Below, piece by piece: positions 57,901 through 64,000 of a DNA stretch of 64,000 bases (the stretch's first letter is position 1; every line of letters starts with the position of its first letter). This DNA is from Botryllus schlosseri (Eukaryota): assembly GCA_051294905.1 (NCBI GenBank), contig CM119382.1:16678001-16742000 (forward strand), written 5' to 3'. The notes beneath the pieces were generated by a model. It saw only the letters and a program-made list of their open reading frames with translations, ran no database searches and had not been told where the DNA came from. A program made the position numbers and the translations under genes.

Positions 57901-60900
57901 CATTCGAACCTGCGCCAATGGTTGAGGACTATATAAACTATATTCGACTTCAATTTTAATAAAACAAGCGGTTTGGTTAAGGTAAGAACAGAGAACAGAA
58001 ATAGACATTTTGGTATTCTATTACTTTACCACTAGAGTTACGACAACGTCAGCTTATAAGCTTCGATCACTTCGTTTGCGGTCAATTTATTTGTGAGAGA
58101 ACAGTCAAGGCTTGGTGAAACGCACGGTCATTGAACGATTGGTCGCTCTCGCGGGTTACACAAGACACCGATTACTTGATGACTTGAAATTGACTCGCGA
58201 ATTTTGCTCCGAGTCACGAGTCAATCCACATTTCTGATACGCCGAGTCAAGTCAAGTCAAGTCATTTTAGCAAAGTGACTCGAGTCAAGTCAAGTCATGC
58301 GAAAAAGGTGACTCGAGTCTGACTCGAGTCGAGTCATGACTCGAGTCATCCCAACACTGTCACTCACATATACGTAGAACTGCTAAACCTCAGTTTATAG
58401 TTACCAGCCAAGATGGAGAATAGATACGAATTGATAAGATGCAATACATTACGCACTTACAAATCGATACGATACAATTCGAGCCTGCGCCAATGGTTGA
58501 GGACTATATAAAATATATTCCAATTCAGTTTCAAGAAAACAAGAGGTTTGGTTAAGGTAAAAACAGAGAACAGAAAGTACTTTACAATACTAGTTTACGA
58601 CAACGTGAGCTGTAAGCTTCGATCACTTCGTTTGCGGTCAATTAATTTGTGAGAAACAATGGAGGCTCAGTCAAACGCACGATCATTAAATGATTGGTCG
58701 CTCAGACGGGTTATACCAGCGTTTCGCGAACAATTCGAACATATGCAAGATACAGTTATGTTGATCGACAACGATTACTTGATGACTTGAAATTGACTCG
58801 TGGATTTTGCTCCGAGTCACGAGTCAATCCACATTTCTGATAGGCCGATTCAAGTCAAGTCAAGTCATTTTAGCAAAGTGACTCGAGTCAAGTCAAGTCA
58901 TACAAAAAAGGTGACTCGAGTCTGACTCGAGTCAAGTCATGACTCGAGTCATCCCAACACTGGCATACGGACAATTACCACCCGATATAGCCGACGTATA
59001 ATACGATATGGGATCGTTGGAACCCTCAAAATAGTCGGTTCAACAGCTATAGTATGTAGATATTTCGTGAAAGGAGCTATATTTACCCTATATTTTCAAT
59101 TGTCAATGTCAGTCTAGTAGGGAACCACTGGTAAGAGTTCGATTTACATTCAATCTACCTGAATATACGAACTTTTGCTTGGGCAATCCTGGGCATTGCG
59201 GGAATCAGCTTTCTCAGACATATTAACCGAACATGTTTTGTGGACGATATGCCCACTTTTTGCTGGTCTTCAACCTCTGTTGAACACTGAGATTAAAATC
59301 GTCGATTCAGGAGTTGGAATCGCATATCAGCAAGAGGACAGAAGAAGAGAAATCGCAACTAGACGAGAAGGTTTATAGCTTCGGTGATTACGTCACCTAC
59401 GACGACATGCCGAGCGATGACGAAACTATATATCAATGGTTTGGTGCTGTTGACTGCAATGCAATCAGGTCCTTTGATTTCTAATTCATTATGATGAATT
59501 AGGATAACTATATATAATACAATATTCGTTTGTGAACGTAGCATCATTTCTATTACATTGTTTTGGCGTGTCATATCCGTCCTCATCTATTCTTATCTTC
59601 CCTCATATATGCTTTCGATATGAAGCCACGAAGTACATTTCAGCTCAATCAGTTCTAGCCTAATACCACGAAAGTGGCGTTGAGAGTATGACGGTTTCAT
59701 TTATAGCTTGTATGTATTAGATACATTGTGCATATGGCGAATCCGTGGAACCAGTTCATTTTGACCGGTTTTAATTACTTTCAGTTACCTATTATACTCC
59801 GTTTTTTTTTCAGTTTGAATGATCCAAGGGCGGTTGCCGTGGTCGGTGTCGGAATATTTCTCGAAGTGGCATTGATGAACCATGATTGCAATCCGAACTG
59901 TGTCGCTGTGAATAACGGCACCAAAGTTGAGGTGGGCCGCAATGTACAGAAGTAGGCTATTCTTTTGAATTTGCTGTCATTTAGTCTTATCCTATATCGA
60001 ATTAGAGCAGCAATTGGTTGCCACAACTTTCGATGGCATAGTCTATTGGTCCCACACAAATGCCCAATTAATGGCTATCATTGTCGTCTAATAGTGTTCG
60101 GATACTGATAGTGTCTTCGAGTTGATATATCGCGCTACTTTAATAACACAAATACCTATCCATGCAATGGCATCCCAGGCACACCGTTTCCATAGATTGT
60201 TAAGCACGTTATCAGTCAAATGACGACGTTGAATAATATGGATCTATGCAGGGGAAATTGGCCGTTACGTTTGATATCAACGAGTAGTGTTACACGTTTT
60301 CCAATAGGTGAGAGCAATAAGAGCAATCGAGGAATCGGAGGAGCTTTGTCTTAGTTACATCAACCCCATTGACACGCATCCAGGGAGACAGGAGAGCCTT
60401 ACGAAGCAATACTACTTTACCTGCAAGTGCAATGAATGCGAAAACGGCAAGTATAGCATGAATAAGATATGTTTACTTAACTCTCACGCAAAACCTATGT
60501 AGGTTGGTCTCGAAATAATATAGAGTCTGATTTCATAGTAATGCTGGGGAATGGTTTTGGCCGATGACTTTTAACATGGATCTTCTATGATTAGTGGTTT
60601 GTCTCTAAATTTGCGAATAAGGTAGTAACACCAATGGGATGCGTGAGATGCGTATCACAAGGAATGACCATATTTGATTGCAGTTCTCCACTAACGACAT
60701 AGTTAGCTTGTAGTAAACAAGATATTGTTACACGCCGTACATGGTACAGCTACCATCTTTTAAAATATATTCTTTACGCTAACCTACGTTGAATGTTTTA
60801 GGCAGTGAGCAGGAAGATTTAAAAGCAGCTCTGTTGAATGACAAAATCCTGAAAGAGAAGCCGGAAAGCGAAGATTACATCGTGAAAATGACTCGAGACG

Positions 60901-61347
60901 CACTCGTAAGGATGGAGAAAATGAAGTCTGTACGTATACCATGCTTGTAGCCTTGCAACAAAATAGAGATAGGGTACTCGACCGTCCACTGTATAATGTT
61001 CAAACTAGATCAATAAGAATCTTTTATCATAGTTGAGGTTGCTTTCTGTTTAGATTCAAAACTTCGAACGACTGTACAACCAAGCTGTCGGAACATTAAA
61101 ACAGCAGGACAGTGTTCTCGCGGATACGCACGTTTTGAAAATCGCGGTCTTAAGTAATTGAGGCTATAGCTGAATGTCCTCTGAGGGACCACAATGACTT
61201 AAAATATTCGTTTCAGACCACCTTGTGGAAGTATGTTCGTATCTAAGAAGGCCGTCAGATGCTTGCGAGTATGCACAAAGGATATCCGATGCGTACGAGA
61301 AGATTCTACCTGCAATACACCCTATTTTGGGAATGTACCTAATGCGA
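45734..61347 (+). CDS. SMYD1: SMYD1-like SET and MYND domain lysine methyltransferase, 3'-partial; join(45734..45901,55423..55662,59311..59468,59814..59931,60308..60450,60806..60929,61054..61153,61217..61347), 394 codons
   Basis: Split SET (GKGRGL..., VGVGIF..ALMNHDCNPNC, LSYI), MYND (CHHC..CGHC..YCNRDCQKSAWEAHKPEC), post-SET KQYYFTCKCNEC and a TPR-like CTD (VLADTH, LGMYLMR). NHDC, D-x-R-x4-VGVGIF and KQYYF match vertebrate SMYD1 as I recall it rather than SMYD2/3. No terminal exon found before 64000. Confidence 0.88.
45910..46045. mobile_element. Left-end fragment of a GTAATC/GATTAC-motif MITE
   Basis: CAGACGTGGG followed by many GTAATC/GATTAC motifs; no matching right end found. It explains the spurious tail of the 45734..46093 ORF. 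Confidence 0.55.
46207..47362. mobile_element. Non-autonomous DNA transposon carrying a telomere-like array, 1156 bp
   Basis: 37-bp perfect TIR GGTTGCCAGTAAACTCGCCCCAAAGTAAATTCGGCCC; perfect 8-bp TSD AGCTTTGC; subterminal GGCCGAAT repeats. Confidence 0.92.
46751..47203 (+). repeat. Interstitial telomere-like array (TTAGGG/TTAGG/TTAGGA; dominant 17-mer TTAGGG-TTAGG-TTAGGA)
   Basis: About 450 bp read directly from the sequence. Confidence 0.95.
48691..49914. mobile_element. hAT (Charlie-like) non-autonomous element, 1224 bp, nested in an older GTTACGGCCCTG-ended element
   Basis: Ends CAGGGGTTCTCA...TGAGAACCCCTG; perfect TSD CACTAAAC. The host family right end GCTGACGAAGTGCTGTTACGGCCCTG is at about 50050-50073, with similar ends at about 48440 and 52180. 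Confidence 0.85.
52935..54915 (-). mobile_element. 5'-truncated LINE remnant (L2/CR1/Crack-like ORF2 C-terminus + 3' UTR), interrupted by the 53118-54614 hAT element
   Basis: Minus-strand ORF 54651..54914 EIRTIHRAIPLRTKLSPYYRKHRILQVDDLYRFEVSKVIHK..LLPSF resembles the conserved post-RT tail of L2/Crack-type ORF2; the 3' end has AATAAA then (CT)n. Confidence 0.65.
53118..54614. mobile_element. Composite hAT element, copy 3, 1497 bp
   Basis: Same TIRs; perfect TSD CTCTAAAC; minus strand about 54046-53860 reads KFYAPKNGSKFSNLTKTVMKRLVLFGFTYI, like a decayed hAT dimerization domain. Confidence 0.92.
55423..55662 (+). CDS. SMYD1: SMYD1 exon 2 (MYND finger)
   Basis: tttcaatttag|...|GTACAA; 240 nt. 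Confidence 0.9.
55676..56922. mobile_element. hAT-type non-autonomous element, 1247 bp
   Basis: TIR TAGGGTTACCATA / TAGGGTTGCCATA; perfect TSD ATATAGAT; inserted 13 nt after the SMYD1 exon 2 boundary; its left end is partly duplicated at about 55805-55880. Confidence 0.88.
57109..58962. mobile_element. GACTC-family hAT element (outer copy) containing a second copy of itself
   Basis: Ends CAGTGTTCGGAT...ATCCCAACACTG; perfect TSD GCATACGG. Confidence 0.92.
57442..58359. mobile_element. GACTC-family hAT element (inner copy), 918 bp
   Basis: Ends CAGTGTTGGGAT...ATCCCAACACTG; TSD TTACTCAC/TCACTCAC; removing it restores the outer copy's internal sequence. Confidence 0.92.
59311..59468 (+). CDS. 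SMYD1: SMYD1 exon 3 (SET-I: ELESHISKRTEEEK...WFGAVDCNAI)
   Basis: gattcag acceptor; AG|GTCCTT donor (weak), phase 2 matches exon 4. Confidence 0.85.
59814..59931 (+). CDS. SMYD1: SMYD1 exon 4 (SET core NHDCNPNC)
   Basis: tttttttttcag acceptor; donor GTGGGC. Confidence 0.9.
60308..60450 (+). CDS. SMYD1: SMYD1 exon 5 (SET-C, post-SET)
   Basis: ttttccaatag acceptor; ends at 60450 (GTATAG) or 60446 (GC-AG donor GCAAGT). Confidence 0.88.
60806..60929 (+). CDS. SMYD1: SMYD1 exon 6 (CTD start)
   Basis: Starts at 60806 or 60802; donor GTACGT at 60930 (alternative in-frame GTAAGG at 60906). Confidence 0.8.
61054..61153 (+). CDS. SMYD1: SMYD1 exon 7 (IQNFERLYNQAVGTLKQQDSVLADTHVLKIAVL)
   Basis: ctttctgtttag|...|GTAATT, phase 1. 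Confidence 0.85.
61217..61347 (+). CDS. SMYD1: SMYD1 exon 8 (HLVEVCSYL...HPILGMYLMR)
   Basis: ttcgtttcag|...|GTAAGT, after a 63-nt intron. Confidence 0.87.
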
Positions 61348-62189
61348 GTAAGTATGTTATAGAAACGATTGTCGAATTCGCTGCCGTTGGTTTTCTTCAT
61401 ACGGATGAGCATTATGTGAGCACTGAGCACTTTTAAGCAGGGCAAGTCAAAGTAGTCAGCGTTTCTACTCTAGTAGAAGCAGAAGTAGCGATTTCAAATA
61501 CATTTTTATGACAATTGCACTCGTTAAATTGGTTCAATCTTGACTCAAACAGATTCAAAGTGCAGAAAGTAAGTAGTTTGCCTAACATACTGTTCAAGTG
61601 GAAGTGGAAGTATAGTTTAAGAATGTATCCACCTGAATAAATAGCACAACTTGCGAGTGCGAGTGCGACCGTGCGCGATTGCATTGGAAGCGGTGAAGTC
61701 ATTGCGGAGTATATGGATTTCCAAATTCCTGCTTTTCACAACGGATGATCTCAATATTTTAATGACCCGTTTTTCCTCACGCTACCCCGGCCGAACAGTG
61801 CATACCACAAAAGAGACTTGAAAAGCAGCATTATTATTATGTAAAATACACAGACGTTTATCAATTGTAATGGTGTCGACAACACCTCGATTCCTTTAGC
61901 GTCCGTAAAATGTATGAGCTATTGAATGAGGTCAACCGGCAGAGAGTTTCAGAACTCTCGTCGGCCGAGTCCCTGAAAACAAACAAAGGAAAATTTGGCG
62001 AGGGCTGAGGTGTTTGACGACTTTTAAATACTCAATCATTATCCTTCCCGCGCTAACAAATCAATTTATTTTCATTATCAATAATAATTATTAATATTTA
62101 AAATAATGTTATTGTGCTTATAACAACGAAGATATTTTGCACAACAAACCAATTAATTTCAGCAACAACACTAGCGAACCAAAGCGACC

Positions 62190-63072
62190 GCTAAATTTCT
62201 TGCAACAACAAAATTTCTGCGAGCACGGTCTGTGCATAACTGCATATACAAGGTCGCTGTGTAGAGTACTATAACCAATAAGCGAGACACGCAGAAAACT
62301 GGTTACTGTACAATGACGTAATATGAAAATGTGAAGAGCTTTGTATTGCACAAATTGGTTTGATGTCATGATCAGATTTGTCTGACATTAGTTTTTTCTG
62401 GAAAGGTCCAACTCGCGCAGGTAATACTCGGGCAGAGTAAAGGGAGGGAAAGGCCGCGGCCATAACCGTCGAACCCGATTTTTGACACACATAATTTGCA
62501 GGAATGATTCCAGTTTATTCGCAACTGTGAAAGAGCAATATATTCTTAGTATTTCCCAAAGCGGCCACAGACCGCGTTGTGTGTTTTAATCTAAGGGTGT
62601 GCAAATGTATTTCGAGACCGCCCTTTCCGCCCGCGCGGCGACACCTATGACGACATAAAGCTTTGGCCCACATGCAGCTGCCCAAAACGCGGTGACAAAA
62701 CGCCGCATAAATGCGTTGAAACCTTGGTCCAAAATGACTGATGCTGGTTGGCCCAAACCCTCAACATCGATATGTCAGGTCTTCGAAATGGTCGGCACCG
62801 AAGTCTCGTCCTTGCCAGCTGATCCCCGAAGTACAAATGTGGCCCGCAGAGGAAAATGATGCACCCTGACTTGAAATCGCGTGCGTCACACATTTGTCGT
62901 AAAACTTCATTGGGTACAACTGGTTGTCTGCGCCTTTTCTATTCCATACATGCCCGAACATACGAAGCATATTGACATTAAAAATGCATTCATGTCGATG
63001 CGTGAGGCTTGGGTTGCGAAATGAAATAATACTCAGATTTGAGTAGCGGCCTAAAAAGTTTAAGAACTACTG
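62190..63072 (-). mobile_element. Diverged copy of the 43757-44674 element
   Basis: Minus strand begins CAGTAGTTCTTAAAC and shares GACGCACGCGATTTCAA and GCGTGTCTCGC(T/G)ATTGGTTATAG blocks. Confidence 0.7.
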
Positions 63073-64000
63073 CTATAAGATATTCTTCACAGTGTTAAGG
63101 AATTGTCAACAATGATATACCACGTGTTGATGCAGCTACAAAATCGATTACATGCTCTCTAAAACATGGGTGTCAAACTCAACTTGTGTCGCGGGCCGGA
63201 TTCGAACCTTCAGATCGCTCGCGGGCCGGATTAGTCAAATGATTCTAAAATGTTGCCTCAAAATCCATGCCCTTGTTTTTCACTTGAACACCTTATTACC
63301 AAGCCTATACACGTGATATTATACTATATTACTATCAAGGGGCTCCATTCTAGCAACACTTTTATTCGCAAACGATGGAATTCACGAAACTAGGATGATC
63401 GGCCGGTTGAATACAGTTATACACCATGAAACAGTGGTTCTAGCGGCGATACAAATTTGAATATTTATATGCTTCCTTTGTTATAGTCGTAATCCAGCAT
63501 TAGCCAGCATTGGTATGCGTTGTGAGGAACACAAGTGATTTGACTGTTATCGCGGACGTTGGAATTGGGTTCACCAGGATTAAATCGCGATTCAGGTTTC
63601 TATGGAGGCCAGGGACCTTTTGAGCCAAAACGGTTGCAGAAGTGTGACATCAAACATTTGAATTATATTTTATGACTATTTTATTCTCCATGTAGCCTGC
63701 GCATAACGGTTTCACATTGATGTTTGCGCTTATGTGAAGAATTACTTTTTGGTCCATTTTTTCATAAATCTCTGACCTCAGTGAGCACATTTTGCCGTTG
63801 TGGAATTGGATGTCAATGCCAGCGACTTGGTTCCTAATGGTGATTAGAGTGAAACGACGACACCGCTGTCGGGTGGTTATAATGTGGCCTATGAACATAC
63901 TCGACATCTGCTGTTGGAATAATTGATGGAAGTATTTCTACCTAAAAATCCAAGTATTTGTTAGATATGTGCTGAATAATTACTAGTGTTTTTTTTTCAT

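Noticed and set aside
57109-58962. GACTCGAGTC/GACTT repeat clusters (also 6548-7486 and 34895-35465) as CRISPR arrays or satellites
   Set aside because: No constant repeat-spacer period and no cas genes in a eukaryotic context; the clusters are subterminal motifs inside TIR/TSD-bounded transposons.
630-61347. WFIKKN + SMYD1 as a conserved muscle-regulatory gene cluster
   Set aside because: They are separated by unrelated genes, and I know of no conserved linkage; adjacency alone is not evidence.
61433-61702. Nested antisense small secreted protein in a SMYD1 intron
   Set aside because: 89-aa ORF with no family similarity and no transcript-type signals; compatible with chance.

Overview
AT-rich eukaryotic (animal) genomic DNA with spliceosomal introns as short as 62-69 nt and a very dense load of non-autonomous DNA transposons. 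An invertebrate chordate, probably a tunicate/ascidian, is inferred from gene content and intron style but not verified. Four protein-coding genes were built by hand on the + strand. (1) A complete 5-exon WFIKKN (WAP-follistatin/Kazal-Ig-Kunitz-Kunitz-NTR, 575 aa; 630-10703). (2) A 20-exon Sp17/SPA17-like RIIa-domain protein (about 666 aa; 22701-38543) carrying seven IQ motifs on duplicated phase-0 exons, with RFX X-box-like motifs in the locus. (3) A compact 167-aa ORF (40878-41381) resembling ParB/sulfiredoxin-like domains, with a C-terminal hydrophobic tail. (4) A SMYD1-like SET/MYND methyltransferase, 8 exons in the window (45734-61347), with its 3' end apparently beyond the window. Intergenic and intronic space holds many MITE/hAT-type elements with readable TIRs and 8-bp TSDs. 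These include a self-nested pair, three copies of a composite 1.4-1.5 kb element and a transposon carrying about 450 bp of telomere-like repeats, alongside LINE 3' remnants and tRNA-derived SINEs. No CRISPR array, rRNA or intact tRNA was found. All family assignments are from motif recognition by eye; no database search was run.
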